Source: a virus (taxonomy: Duplodnaviria; Caudoviricetes). Taken from it: a DNA stretch of 64,000 nt. Positions 1 through 9,707 of the stretch are shown here, piece after piece (the first letter of the stretch is position 1; every line of letters begins with the position of its first letter). Both the position numbers and the translations under genes were made by a program. The notes beneath the pieces were generated by a model that made no database searches, was not told the origin of the DNA, and saw only the letters and a list, made by a program, of their open reading frames with translations. The DNA lies in IMG/VR virus record IMGVR_UViG_3300011678_000001, positions 205,791-269,790 of that record. One strand, given 5' to 3'.

Positions 1-471
1 GACGCTGGCATCCGCGTTCCATTCATCCGGCACGTACAACACACTGAGCCCGCCCAACTCCTCAATCACCTCAATACTCAAGGTATCGACGTACTTCAGG
101 TTGGCTGGGGTGCCCAGTGTGTTATTGACGTTGACAAACTGCTTGGACTGGCGCCAGTCATGACTGGGAGTCCCTTCCAACACGCGAACAATGATGTTGC
201 GCTTGGCGCAGATTCTCAACACCTCGGCGATCCATTCTTGGATCGCATCCACTTCATCTTGCGGCAGGCTCATCAACCGATCAAAGACGTCGCCTGCAAA
301 GAAGAGCACGTCAAGCTTACCGGTCTCCTCTGTGTCCGGGAACGCCTTTCTCAGGTTACCGATGATGTGGTAGGTGTTGGTCCGAGGGTGGGCCAGGTGA
401 ATGTCCGAAATAAAAGCAACGAACAGGTCACGCGGCTTAAAGGGGTTCGAAGTCGTCTTCGTCGAAGTCAT
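1..471 (-). CDS. sbcD: SbcD/Mre11-like metallophosphoesterase nuclease, 5' part (runs off the window)
   Basis: Not in the ORF track because it has no stop in the window. Manual translation from ATG 471: MTSTKTTSNPFKPRDLFVAFISDIHLAHP...LFFAGDVFD...LEGTPSHD, containing the calcineurin-like motifs DxH, GDxxD and GTPSHD. Lies downstream of the chmA/nvRNAP block as in phiKZ-like phages. Confidence 0.85.
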   Translation of the reverse strand, partial: MTSTKTTSNPFKPRDLFVAFISDIHLAHPRTNTYHIIGNLRKAFPDTEETGKLDVLFFAGDVFDRLMSLPQDEVDAIQEWIAEVLRICAKRNIIVRVLEGTPSHDWRQSKQFVNVNNTLGTPANLKYVDTLSIEVIEELGGLSVLYVPDEWNADASV

Positions 472-1033
472 CAATGGGTTTCCGAGCAGAGGTAGATGCA
501 CCCCCTGCTACAGGTGTGCCACCGAGTTCTTTTTCAACCAGCGGCGCATCGGCACCGAACATCAGTTCGAGTGGGATATTGTACCGCTTGTAAATCATGG
601 CCCACATTTTAGCGTAGACCGTGGAAATGGCATCCGCAGGCGTGTGGTTCAACGCCACCAAGCGCTGGACGTAGTTGTCGATCACAGCGCCGGGGTGGGC
701 CGTGGTGATCTCGGATTCAAACTGCGCAGCCAACTCAGACACGTCCGTCTCAGGCGAGGCCTGGAGTGTGCGGATGGCCATGGGCGTTGGGGCAATCAGC
801 GGCGGGACCACAAAGAGCACTTTGCTGGGATCGTTGTTGTCTACCACATCAATCATGCGGTTGGCATGTCCGGCCACAGCCAGGAAGATGTCCACCGGCT
901 TGTGAGGGGCGCCTTCCGGTGACGGAATCAGGTGAGGCAGGAGTCGACGGGTGAAGTCCACTTCGCGCAATTTGGCGTTGGATTCACTACTCATCGCCTC
1001 CAGATTGGCGAAGTCTTGATCAGTCAATTGCAT
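437..1033 (-). CDS. conserved jumbo-phage hypothetical protein
   Basis: 198 aa ORF with GGAG RBS, genome-typical codons and an acidic C-terminus; overlaps the sbcD start. Confidence 0.7.
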   Translation of the reverse strand: MQLTDQDFANLEAMSSESNAKLREVDFTRRLLPHLIPSPEGAPHKPVDIFLAVAGHANRMIDVVDNNDPSKVLFVVPPLIAPTPMAIRTLQASPETDVSELAAQFESEITTAHPGAVIDNYVQRLVALNHTPADAISTVYAKMWAMIYKRYNIPLELMFGADAPLVEKELGGTPVAGGASTSARKPIDDFDEDDFEPL

Positions 1034-1048
1034 GGCGATTCTCCATAA

Positions 1049-1077
1049 AGAGGGCGGTTGGACCGCCCTCTATGCCG
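1049..1077. terminator. hairpin AGAGGGCGGT-TGG-ACCGCCCTCT followed by ATGCCG
   Basis: Perfect inverted repeat between two ORFs; member of the hairpin+TATGCCG family. Confidence 0.6.
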
Positions 1078-1086
1078 AGTGGCTGC

Positions 1087-1860
1087 TTATTCAGCAGCAG
1101 GTTCTACGCCCGACTCGTCATTCGCGCCAGTGGCAGCGGTGACTTCCATGGCCTTCTTGGAGGTTTCCTGACGGAACTCTTCCAGGGCGACGCTGTCGAT
1201 CACGTAGTAAGGACGATCGTTGACGCCGCCGTAGGAGACGACCAGGTCGCCCATGACGTGTTGGATCTTCGCATCACGCATGCCTTCGGAGAGCGCTTCA
1301 CCGGAGACCCACTGCTGGGTTGCCTTGTCCTGCTCTTCGACGATTACGCCGTTGTCGGTGACCGTGACACGAACGGAACCCGGTACGTAGCCTTCGACCA
1401 CTACCAGCTCAGGCGCACGCTGCTTGGACGTCTTGGCCTTGTGGGCAATGGCGTTGGCACCGGCGATGAACATGCGCTGGGCAATGGAGTCGACCATGAC
1501 CGGATCGTTGAACAGACGCTGCATGTGATCGGCAGTCAGCTCGACGAGGGTACGGTTGACGGCCATCAGGGCGTCGTTGGTGGCCACGAGGGTTTCTTCC
1601 AGCTGAGTCACGCGCGCCTGCAGGGCTTCGATGCGCTCTTCTTGAGAAGCTTCACGCTCTTCTTCAGAGACTTCCTGCTCGACCGGGCTGATCTCCAGGA
1701 TTTCTTCACGGAAGATCGCCATGTTGCGGGTCACTTCGATCTTGTCGCCCACTTGCAGTTCGCTGACCGTGACGGTCTGGCCGTCTTCACGAACGACTTC
1801 AGCGTCAGAGGCCAGGATGACTTCGCCCTGGTTGGTGGTCAGCTTAACGGTGTTGGACAT
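1087..1860 (-). CDS. hypothetical protein with N-terminal beta-rich segment and coiled coil
   Basis: 257 aa with AAGGAG RBS and strongly biased codons; heptad segment EERIEALQARVTQLEETL. Confidence 0.8.
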   Translation of the reverse strand: MSNTVKLTTNQGEVILASDAEVVREDGQTVTVSELQVGDKIEVTRNMAIFREEILEISPVEQEVSEEEREASQEERIEALQARVTQLEETLVATNDALMAVNRTLVELTADHMQRLFNDPVMVDSIAQRMFIAGANAIAHKAKTSKQRAPELVVVEGYVPGSVRVTVTDNGVIVEEQDKATQQWVSGEALSEGMRDAKIQHVMGDLVVSYGGVNDRPYYVIDSVALEEFRQETSKKAMEVTAATGANDESGVEPAAE

Positions 1861-1869
1861 GATTGCTCC

Positions 1870-2292
1870 TTAGTTGTTGAGGCCGCGTGTAATGAATGGT
1901 CGGCCGTCGTTTTGCAGATCAATGATACTGCGAATCTTTGAGTTGGATGAACTGACGACGTGCTTGAGGTCGATTGACTTGTTCCCGTCTCGTAGGATAG
2001 CCGTGATTTGTAAATCAATACTGGTCTCAGTGGTTGTCGTGGATACGTCGAGCGTAACCTCGTCAAATTGCCGTGCCAGGTAGTCATTAAGGACCCGTCT
2101 GACCTCGTCTTCCAGGGTCATGCGGTTATTGCCATACTGACTGATGATGTTACTCAGGCTGGCAATGCTACCCCGGTAGATGTCTGACTGAGAGCGCTGG
2201 GCAATATAGAAGTTGGCCATGGCTTCGTCAGCTTTGATGGTCAGGTCTGATGCGAACCCGGCGGCGCCGAGGACAGGGATTACACGGGCCAT
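1870..2292 (-). CDS. conserved phiKZ-like protein, possibly a gp25-like baseplate/sheath-initiator fold
   Basis: 140 aa with GGAG RBS. Helical N-half and alternating beta C-half (VTLDVS..IDLQITAIL). Fold assignment is inference. Confidence 0.55.
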   Translation of the reverse strand: MARVIPVLGAAGFASDLTIKADEAMANFYIAQRSQSDIYRGSIASLSNIISQYGNNRMTLEDEVRRVLNDYLARQFDEVTLDVSTTTTETSIDLQITAILRDGNKSIDLKHVVSSSNSKIRSIIDLQNDGRPFITRGLNN

Positions 2293-2389
2293 AAACGTCT
2301 CCAGGACGAAAAAAGAAAAGGCTGTAGGGGAAGGTGATGCACATACCCATTAGGGCAGTGCATCACAGTCCTGTCACAGAGACCCGTTA

Positions 2390-2702
2390 TCAGGCCTTAC
2401 GACGGATGGGGGTCCTTAAGGCATCCTGCATTGACCACCCATACCGTTTTACCCTATCGAATAGGGTGCTGTAGGGAATGTTATTAAGTCGTGCGATCTG
2501 AGCAATAGACAGTTTCTCCCCTAAGACAACCACAACTCGTGGTACTGCCTCGTTTAAGGCAATATCCCCTTACCGTGGTTCTCTCTCCGCAGTCACAAAC
2601 ACATTCCCATTGCCACTCGCCCTTAGCGTTACGCGTTGGGATTTGCACAGGAACATGTAGCTTACCAAACCGGAGGCCTGATAAGTCTTTTTGAAAGGAC
2701 AT
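2390..2702 (-). pseudogene. internally deleted HNH/AP2-type homing endonuclease remnant
   Basis: Frame 1 gives DLSGLRFGKL..WECVCDCG..SCGC, the typical N-terminal Zn domain. A shifted frame from the GGGG at ~2518-2521 gives GEKLSIAQIARLNNIPYSTLFDRVKRYGWSMQDALRTP, the typical C-terminal HTH. No HNH core lies between them. Lower GC than the flanks. Confidence 0.75.
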
Positions 2703-2723
2703 ATTGGCCTCCAGCTGGTTTAC

Positions 2724-3347
2724 TTAAAGTGAATTATTGTCTTCTGAGGACGGATCATCAAGCCCTTCATCGAGGAAGGTGTTGAAGTTCGCCCACATGG
2801 AGTCGCGGATTGTGGTCTGGTCGTGGAATGCCAGCTCCGTCCGGCCGTCTTCGTCGTAAAGATGGAGGTACTGCACGAAGTGTGCATTGCCTTCGTCGTC
2901 GAATTGGGCCAAGCCGTGCATGACTTGTTGGTAGTCCGGATCGTCGTCACCGAAGCGACCGGGATGGCGGTTAACATAGTTGTCACGCCAGCCGTGCATC
3001 ATGTCCTTCTCGAACAGTCGCTTGGCACGCGGGTTCGCCATCAGCCACCGCTGCTGACGTGGACCTGCTTGCTGGAACTGCCCGATACGGGACATTGGCT
3101 GGATGTCATCCTTATCGAACAGGTGTGTTACCTTGCGCTTCAGGGCAGCGATCTTACGCTCAATCCGGTCGAAGTCGAACGAATTGAACCGTTCTATGGC
3201 CCGCTGGTACAAGTCGGACCCCATCAGTCCGAAGGATCGGGCTGTGTTCTCCATTCGCTCCCTGATAGCCGCACGGTCCTCTGACCGAGGGAGTCCGTTA
3301 TGCATCACTTCGAACTCTTGGTCATCAGCGTAAATAGCTATCGCCAT
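2724..3347 (-). CDS. conserved jumbo-phage hypothetical protein downstream of nvRNAP beta' N
   Basis: 207 aa with AAGGAG RBS directly after the stop of nvRNAP exon 2. Confidence 0.8.
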   Translation of the reverse strand: MAIAIYADDQEFEVMHNGLPRSEDRAAIRERMENTARSFGLMGSDLYQRAIERFNSFDFDRIERKIAALKRKVTHLFDKDDIQPMSRIGQFQQAGPRQQRWLMANPRAKRLFEKDMMHGWRDNYVNRHPGRFGDDDPDYQQVMHGLAQFDDEGNAHFVQYLHLYDEDGRTELAFHDQTTIRDSMWANFNTFLDEGLDDPSSEDNNSL

Positions 3348-3358
3348 TGTGTACTCCT

Positions 3359-3544
3359 TTATTGCGAAACTTGGTCACCCTCGATAATCCAGTTGGTCGA
3401 CGTGGCAATAAACGGCGCCGGCAGGGTCGTGTTGCGCGACACTGTGAACGGCTTGTTGAGGTCCATCACGCCGGTGACCGGATCGAGTCGACTCATGACC
3501 TTAGCATTCTTGTGGTCGAGTGGTAATTCGCCCCAGAGTGCGTC
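3359..3544 (-). CDS. non-virion RNA polymerase beta' N subunit, exon 2
   Basis: Begins GAC (D), completing NADFDG-D. Reads DALWGELPLDHKNAKVMSRLDP...IIEGDQVSQ* (61 aa) and is preceded by the intron terminal G at 3545. Confidence 0.85.
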   Translation of the reverse strand, partial: DALWGELPLDHKNAKVMSRLDPVTGVMDLNKPFTVSRNTTLPAPFIATSTNWIIEGDQVSQ

Positions 3545-4934
3545 CGTATAATTACACCATTAGCACATTGCCGACTAAAGACTGGACTCTTCAGACGGTA
3601 ATTTAATCAAATCCAAGTCGGCGTAGGCAAACCGAAATGAACCATATTCACTTACACTGCCTAGATCACCATCGCGCTTCAGCCGTACGGTGATGGCTTT
3701 CTTACTGAGTTCATTAACCGCTATGAACTCGCTCGCACTAGGGTAATGTGTGATTTCACCTCTTTTCACTCCGATCACTGCTACAGGCCGCCCAATACCC
3801 CATCGAGAGGCATTTAACAGTGTTTCGTAATCGTAGTGTCTGAACTCCCTGTCTGCGTATGCTACCTGATACCGTCCCCTGAAAAGGGACAACCTAGGAG
3901 TTCTGGCGACGGCCGACAGATGGCCAGTGAGGACTCCGTGAGCAGTAGCTGCTGCTGTCATCGTTGGGTAGATTGTTATCTCCCCAGTATGGATGTCACG
4001 GAGTTTTGTGGGGCTTTCTGGAATCATCCCTAACCTGTCTCGTTTCGGGATGGTCGTCTTCCTGAGATGAGCCGGCACTGGGTCGTGAGAGCGCTGGTGT
4101 TTGAAACTGTAACCGTTACAGGCGTTACCAGTCACAATCGCCTGCCAAACGTCCTCAGCAGAGCAACCCGCTATATGCCCAGCTGTATCCAAAGATTCAG
4201 TGAGGATACTCTCGGCTTCGTTTGATTTCCAGACAAGTATCATTGGACGCGTTGGCGGCTTGCTCAATGCATGATGGATGTTGTTGAGTTTGACAGTAAT
4301 CCATTCCAGATTTGACTCGTCATTATTAGACTTATCGCTGTCCTTATGGTTGACTGTCAACTGCATGGGGTCTTCTGGTGGTTCTATGAACGCCAGGGCC
4401 ACCAGGCGATGAACTCCGAACGTCACCCATCCTGTTTCAGTAAGGACTGTGGCCGTCGAGTATCCATCGCCGTTTTTGTACTGCTTCCTGAGGTTTCCTG
4501 CGGGATCGTATATCTCGCCTGTGTTAGACGCGAGAAACCCGCAGGTGTTTGGGATTTCCTTTAACATATCGATCCTCGTACTTCTGTGCTAATGATGTTC
4601 GTCGGGGTCGTTACGCCCGACCGATGTAAATGTCCAGTTTACACCGAACGCTATGGTTTCCCATAACGACTGACTATATCTTCACCTACCTAAATAAGTG
4701 CTCCCCGTTTCGATTTAAAGCTTGCGCTCCCCACTTGGGGCCTACTTCCTTACGGAATAGTCGATGAACCTTACTCGTATCTTGCCATCTCGACAATATG
4801 TAGAGTCTTGGCTGCTGATTGCCCAATCCGCTTGATTTTCAAACATTCACGCTCACCGTTTCCAGTCACGTTGTAGTTCAAGCGGCTCTCAGGGGTTTCC
4901 AGCAGTTAAAGGAGTTTAATGACAGCAAAGGTTT
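3545..4934 (-). mobile_element. group I self-splicing intron (1390 nt) with HNH ORF, inserted in the RNAP catalytic motif
   Basis: Exon 1 ends in U (GAC GGU). P1 pairs GACGGU with GCUGUC, giving U-G at the splice site. Core-like segments CUGCUGGAAA (P), AAUCAGCAG (Q), UUCAUCGACUA (R), AAGAUAUAGUC (S). Terminal omega-G. The ORF is looped out by CAUUAGCACA/UGUGCUAAUG pairing. Confidence 0.9.
3575..4567 (-). CDS. intron-encoded HNH homing endonuclease (NUMOD4/I-HmuI-like architecture)
   Basis: VHRLVALAF...VNHKDSDKSNNDESNLEW...NNIH HNH motif; C-terminal repeated DNA-binding modules (IYPTMTAAA, HYPSASEF). Confidence 0.92.
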   Translation of the reverse strand: MLKEIPNTCGFLASNTGEIYDPAGNLRKQYKNGDGYSTATVLTETGWVTFGVHRLVALAFIEPPEDPMQLTVNHKDSDKSNNDESNLEWITVKLNNIHHALSKPPTRPMILVWKSNEAESILTESLDTAGHIAGCSAEDVWQAIVTGNACNGYSFKHQRSHDPVPAHLRKTTIPKRDRLGMIPESPTKLRDIHTGEITIYPTMTAAATAHGVLTGHLSAVARTPRLSLFRGRYQVAYADREFRHYDYETLLNASRWGIGRPVAVIGVKRGEITHYPSASEFIAVNELSKKAITVRLKRDGDLGSVSEYGSFRFAYADLDLIKLPSEESSL

Positions 4935-6212
4935 ACCGTCGAAGTCGGCGTTCTTGTCGATGAGGTTCAAGGGAGAGATGGAAATGGTGTTATCCGTCGG
5001 GTCGGTCTTGACTTCATCGATCTGGTTGTAGCCGATCGAGCCACGGGTCAGGGTCGGGTTACGACCAAACGTCGTGGGAATGGTGCCGCTGGGCGCTTCG
5101 GCTAAAAGCTCCTTGAACAGATCATTCAGATGAGGATGGTACCGCAGGGTGTTCTCGTAAATCAGGGCCTGAATCTCGTTGGGAATGTACCCTTGAGTCA
5201 GCAGCTTGTTTTGCAGGTGCACCTTAAACAACAGGGTGCTCATCGACCATGGAATTTGCATTGCGTCCTGGCGATGGGGTTTCTGGCGCGAGGTGATCAC
5301 TGCACGGTAACCGAAGTGTGGTCGAGTCCCGTAGATCAGCTTACGGGCAATGCCGGGCTTCTTGAAGATTACCTCTGCTTCGAAGGTCCGGTAGTACTCG
5401 TTGAAATGCTGCAGGGCACTGACGACACGGGCTTCCTTTACCGGTTGGGCCAGCTTGGGCTGGTTCTCGGCGGTTTCCCGGTTGTCGATCCCGATCAGGA
5501 TGTGCGCAGCGTTAACGGCGGCCACCATCTTCGGGTCAGCGGTGATGCGGTTGTTGGCATTCTCACGGATGAAGCCCAGGCGCGTCGGGAACGGCATGTA
5601 CTCGGAGAATGTCTTGTCGTAGTTCTCTTGCAGAAAGCGCATGATCTTACGACGTCTACGAGCTGAGGCAGAAGGTCCAATCAGACCGGCCTTGAACAGC
5701 GCCACCAGGATGGCTTCGTAGTTTTCGATGAAGTGGTTGTAACCCCGTGGGATGTCCAACCGCTCAAGTTTGCGCATCTTGTCTGCAGCCAACGTGGTCG
5801 GTGCATTATAACGCGGGTTGCACAGGTACTCCAGGATGTTGAAGTTGGAGTGCGTCAGGTTCTTGGACAGAATCCGCCACACGGTGATGTTGATAAATGC
5901 CTTGATGCCTTCAGGCACCTTGAGCCACAGCATCGACTCCAGCGGCTTTTCCGTGATGGGCACGACTTGGGACAGACACACCGGGCAACGGATGCCGTAG
6001 TTGTCCATGCCTGTGATGTTATTGCAGTCGCAGGCTGCCGTGTTGTTCAGGGAATCCCCGTCCAAGCTGGCATAAATCAGATTGTTGAGCTTAAGGCGGT
6101 CGGCCTCAAGGTCAATGTTGAAGTCGTTCATCATGATCGCAGGATGCGTCAGATGCCGGAACATGCTATCGTAGTGGACTACCCGCAGGTAAATGCCATT
6201 CCGTTCTTTCAT
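4935..6212 (-). CDS. non-virion RNA polymerase beta' N subunit (phiKZ gp55-like), exon 1
   Basis: Zn-finger CDC..CPVC, KPGIARKLIYG, RAVITS, GRNPTL and NADFDG at the exon end; immediately downstream of chimallin. Spliced product about 487 aa. Confidence 0.92.
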
Positions 6213-6242
6213 CAACTCTGGCCCTTAAGTATAGTACCGATG

Positions 6243-6282
6243 AAAAATAAAAGACATAGCTCGGGGGAGCAACTGCTCCCCC
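6243..6282 (-). terminator. intrinsic terminator after chmA
   Basis: GGGGGAGCA-AC-TGCTCCCCC hairpin followed on the minus strand by TATGTC and a T-rich tract. Confidence 0.65.
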
Positions 6283-6306
6283 TTGCTATTTGAGTGCCGC
6301 TATCGG

Positions 6307-8229
6307 TTAGAAGCTCGAGCCGAAGCCGAAGCCGTTACCGATGGAACCACGCAGCGAACGCTGGCCATCACCAACTACACGACGGGACAGCATGCCGTGA
6401 GTCAGGTCACCACCGACGAAGTCGCGGATGCGAGTGTTGCCACGCGCACGGCGATTGCCGAAGGAGTAATGAGCCGAACGCTGATCGATGTTGATCTTGC
6501 AGTCAGCGATTGCCAGTGCCAGAGCCTCGATGAACTTCGGGTTGAAGTACGCGAGGTCCACGTAACGGCTGAACTTGACGTTCGAAGCGCCGAGAGCGGT
6601 GGTCAGCTGCTGGAACTGTTCGCTGACACGCACTTCCACGTCCAGATCCTGACGGTCGATCACGCCCTGGTACAGGAGTGCCGATTCGCCCTGATCGTTC
6701 GGGTTCTGTGCCAACCAACGGAGCAGGTCCCAATCACGCAGGTCACGCTCGTTGCCTTTCTCGTCGATCCAGGTACCGGTCAGGTAACGAGCACCGGACA
6801 TTTCCAGCGGAGTGTCGACGCCGAGTTCGCGAGCACGACGGGTGAAGTTCCCGTTGGTCAGGCGATCTGCGTAGTCGTACAGGCGGCGGATTGCGTCGCC
6901 GTTTGCCGAAGTGTCGGTAGCTGCGTCAGCGAGCAGGCTGGTGATCCAGCTGTTGTCGCCGCCTTCTTCCAGTTCCACAGCCCAAGCCAGGTTCTCGTCC
7001 ACGAGGGAGAAGAAGTACTGACCCCACTTGTGGGTGTCGAGGCTGGCACGTGCGTCGAACACGACCGGCTCGTGATCCTGATCTGGGCCGAGGATGTTCA
7101 GCAGACCAGTGTCACGGGTGTCGATTTCGCCACGAGGTACGTCGCCCGGCAGGAAGGTGTGAGCCCATGCCTGATCCTTGGAGATGACCGAAGCACCACC
7201 CAGCGCGAGCAGCAGCAGTTCCGGCGTGATGCCGTTGGTGCCAGTGTCCATGCGGTTGATGACGAAGGTCGGAGTGAAGTACGGCTCGTTGCGAACGGCA
7301 GTACGCGCCCAACGCTCAGTCTGCTGCGGCGGGGAGTACATCAGGTTGACGTAACCGCCCAAGTTGGCCAGGCCAACGGAGACGTTCTGGTCACCCTTGC
7401 GGATCACACCAGCTACGCTAACAGCGATGTCGCTGCGGCGCGGCAGGCCGTCGGCCGAAACCACGTCACGACCGGACAGGTCAACGTTGATTTCCAGCGT
7501 GGACTGCTTGTTCAGCCACTCGAGGCTGAAGTACAGGTCCGGGTTGAACAGGTCGTTGTAGATCGCAGTCAGTGCGGCCTGTGCGTAGAACACGACAGTA
7601 CGCGCTTCGGTGCTTTCCGGCTCGTTGAAGTCGACCTTGCGGTCAACGGTACGCCAGCCAGCGCGAACGATTTCCACGTTGCGGCGGGTCTGCTCGAAGT
7701 TCTTCTTGGTGATCTCGTCAACCAGAGCCAGGTAGCTCTCGGTCACGTAGTCAGAAGCAACGACCGGCAGCTGGAAGCTGCGATGGTTGATGTCGACGTT
7801 GCGAACTGGGGACTCGTCGGTGAGAGTGCCTTCCAGTGCCAGCGCGTGGGTCAGGACCTTAACGGTACCCTGATGCTCGACCGGGTAGGCCAGGATGATG
7901 CTGGAGATCGAGACGTTGTGCTCGGATGCTTCCAGACCGATTACCTGGACCTTGGACAGGTCGATGACGCCGGCGCCGGCGACTTGACGCTCAGGGGAGA
8001 ACCAGAACTTGAAGCCTTTAACAGCGGAGACCAGAGCCTCACCGCTGGTACGACGGCTCATCGGCGCGCCCAGCAGGCGGTTGATGTCGAGCAGGCCAGC
8101 TACCGGCGTAGCGTGCTGCTGACGGTCAGCGCGGTCAGCACGAGCTGCAGGGTTGGCGTTCTGAGCCGGATGGTCGTTCTTCGGACCGGTGATCGGATCG
8201 TTCTGGGTGTTTTCGTCTTTAACGGCCAT
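6307..8229 (-). CDS. chmA: chimallin, the phage nuclear shell protein (phiKZ gp54-like)
   Basis: 640 aa with very strong high-expression codon bias, low-complexity N-tail and a C-tail ending GNGFGFGSSF. Canonical position directly upstream of nvRNAP beta' N and near DNA polymerase. Confidence 0.85.
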   Translation of the reverse strand: MAVKDENTQNDPITGPKNDHPAQNANPAARADRADRQQHATPVAGLLDINRLLGAPMSRRTSGEALVSAVKGFKFWFSPERQVAGAGVIDLSKVQVIGLEASEHNVSISSIILAYPVEHQGTVKVLTHALALEGTLTDESPVRNVDINHRSFQLPVVASDYVTESYLALVDEITKKNFEQTRRNVEIVRAGWRTVDRKVDFNEPESTEARTVVFYAQAALTAIYNDLFNPDLYFSLEWLNKQSTLEINVDLSGRDVVSADGLPRRSDIAVSVAGVIRKGDQNVSVGLANLGGYVNLMYSPPQQTERWARTAVRNEPYFTPTFVINRMDTGTNGITPELLLLALGGASVISKDQAWAHTFLPGDVPRGEIDTRDTGLLNILGPDQDHEPVVFDARASLDTHKWGQYFFSLVDENLAWAVELEEGGDNSWITSLLADAATDTSANGDAIRRLYDYADRLTNGNFTRRARELGVDTPLEMSGARYLTGTWIDEKGNERDLRDWDLLRWLAQNPNDQGESALLYQGVIDRQDLDVEVRVSEQFQQLTTALGASNVKFSRYVDLAYFNPKFIEALALAIADCKINIDQRSAHYSFGNRRARGNTRIRDFVGGDLTHGMLSRRVVGDGQRSLRGSIGNGFGFGSSF

Positions 8230-8307
8230 TATGGCTAACTCCTTGGTGTTTTGATGCGTTACTAGGGCCTAGTGAACATCTTGAAGCTTTGTCTCGATAT
8301 TCACGTT

Positions 8308-8335
8308 GATAATGTAGCACCGTGATAATTTCGAA
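8308..8335 (-). promoter_or_regulatory. putative early phage promoter TTCGA-N14-TACATTATC upstream of chmA
   Basis: Matches a motif found with the same spacing upstream of 7 minus-strand operons. Confidence 0.65.
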
Positions 8336-8564
8336 TGGAATTCTTATTCCAAGCCTCATTATCATTCGGCACCGGGGTTTATTTTTACGGTGTGCAGCCA
8401 AGAAAAGGAAATACCCTCCCTTGAAGACAAGGGATTAACCTTGCCCGGAGCACATGTCCTATACCATATGGTGAAACCAGTTCTTTTTTACGATTCTGTT
8501 TCTCTCCCATGAACGTAAAGGTTGGCTAATCCTTTGAGACTCTAACTGTCATTGGACCTTCCCC

Positions 8565-9671
8565 ATGTACACACTCTTCAATACCGACGCCAAGATCAAG
8601 CAGACAAACGTCGCGACCTTTGGCTTGGACTACGTTAAGCGGGAGCTGATGGGGGTACAGGTTGACCGCTATAAACAGTACCGGGCAATGAACCCTGGGT
8701 ACATCAAGAGCGACCACCTGATCCTCAAGCTTCTGGCTATGATTGACATCCCCTTCACCGGCGACCTTCCTGACTTCTACCTACGGGCTGGCAGTATCGT
8801 GGATCGGATCGCAGGACAGATGGGCTTGGTCACATCAGCTCACCACGGGCGGGTGCGTAACCACAGTCACTTCTACGGCAAGGGCGTCAATGAGATCGTC
8901 ATCGCTGTAGCAGACGACACCCTGACCCCGGCTGAGATCTGGTTCGGCTGGAACAAGATGAGCGCGGTGCGGATACTGGCCCACCCTATTAAAGGCTGTG
9001 GCATTATCGAGCTGGACGGCAGCAACGAGTTCAAAGGCCTGCCAGACGGAGCCACTGCAGTCGTTGAAATCAACCTGCCCCTGCTGGCTTGTCAGTACCA
9101 TCTGTGGCGCATGGCGACGTCCATGCTGGCTCCAGAAGGGACTGCGCTGCCGTCGGCTCACTTCGTGTCCCAAGTGGTGATCCCCAACATGCTGCCCAGT
9201 CACTTGGATGTGGCGGTGTTAAATACCCTGCATGCCTTGACAGGTGCGCCGGGCTACGTGCAGGTCAACAGCGACATGCCGTTCTACACCACCGACCTCT
9301 ATCCCCGACTGGAGAAAGGCTTGCTGGAGTTGCTGGAGCGTTTTACCAAGGCTACCTTGACGTACAAGGACATTCTGTCGAACACCCCCGTGTTTGGTCA
9401 GGACACCTTGATGCAGACGGTCAAGATGCCGGACATGGCCTTCACCAACCAAGCCATCTGGGCCTTGACCATTGCGCGGTTGCCGGTGATTGCCCTGTTG
9501 CTTAAACTTGACTTCCTCAGTCGCAACGTCAAGAACGATTCTGAAAAGAACCGGATACGGCGCAGCTTAAAGGAAGCCGAGAGCGGCAAGTACCTGACCA
9601 ACCAACTGCCGAGTAACGTCTCAGCCTGGGTGGCCAAGTACATTCAAGAGAACATCACGCCCTACCTGTGA
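8565..9671 (+). CDS. conserved Chimalliviridae protein divergent from chmA (phiKZ gp52-like)
   Basis: 368 aa; syntenic position between chmA and DNA polymerase. Confidence 0.7.
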   Translation: MYTLFNTDAKIKQTNVATFGLDYVKRELMGVQVDRYKQYRAMNPGYIKSDHLILKLLAMIDIPFTGDLPDFYLRAGSIVDRIAGQMGLVTSAHHGRVRNHSHFYGKGVNEIVIAVADDTLTPAEIWFGWNKMSAVRILAHPIKGCGIIELDGSNEFKGLPDGATAVVEINLPLLACQYHLWRMATSMLAPEGTALPSAHFVSQVVIPNMLPSHLDVAVLNTLHALTGAPGYVQVNSDMPFYTTDLYPRLEKGLLELLERFTKATLTYKDILSNTPVFGQDTLMQTVKMPDMAFTNQAIWALTIARLPVIALLLKLDFLSRNVKNDSEKNRIRRSLKEAESGKYLTNQLPSNVSAWVAKYIQENITPYL

Positions 9672-9707
9672 ACATAGCGAGGAGCCCTAGGGCTCCTCGT
9701 TTATGCT
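9672..9707. terminator. bidirectional hairpin between convergent genes
   Basis: CGAGGAGCCC-TA-GGGCTCCTCG flanked by ACATAG and TTATGCTG. Confidence 0.65.

Noticed and set aside
4878-4934. C-terminal KPLLSLNSFNCWKPLRAA of the 445-aa ORF
   Set aside because: Read-through into intron sequence (P1/P region); not part of the spliced protein.
6283-8238. 651-aa + strand ORF antisense to chmA
   Set aside because: Shadow ORF caused by strong codon bias of the real gene; no RBS or protein-like features.
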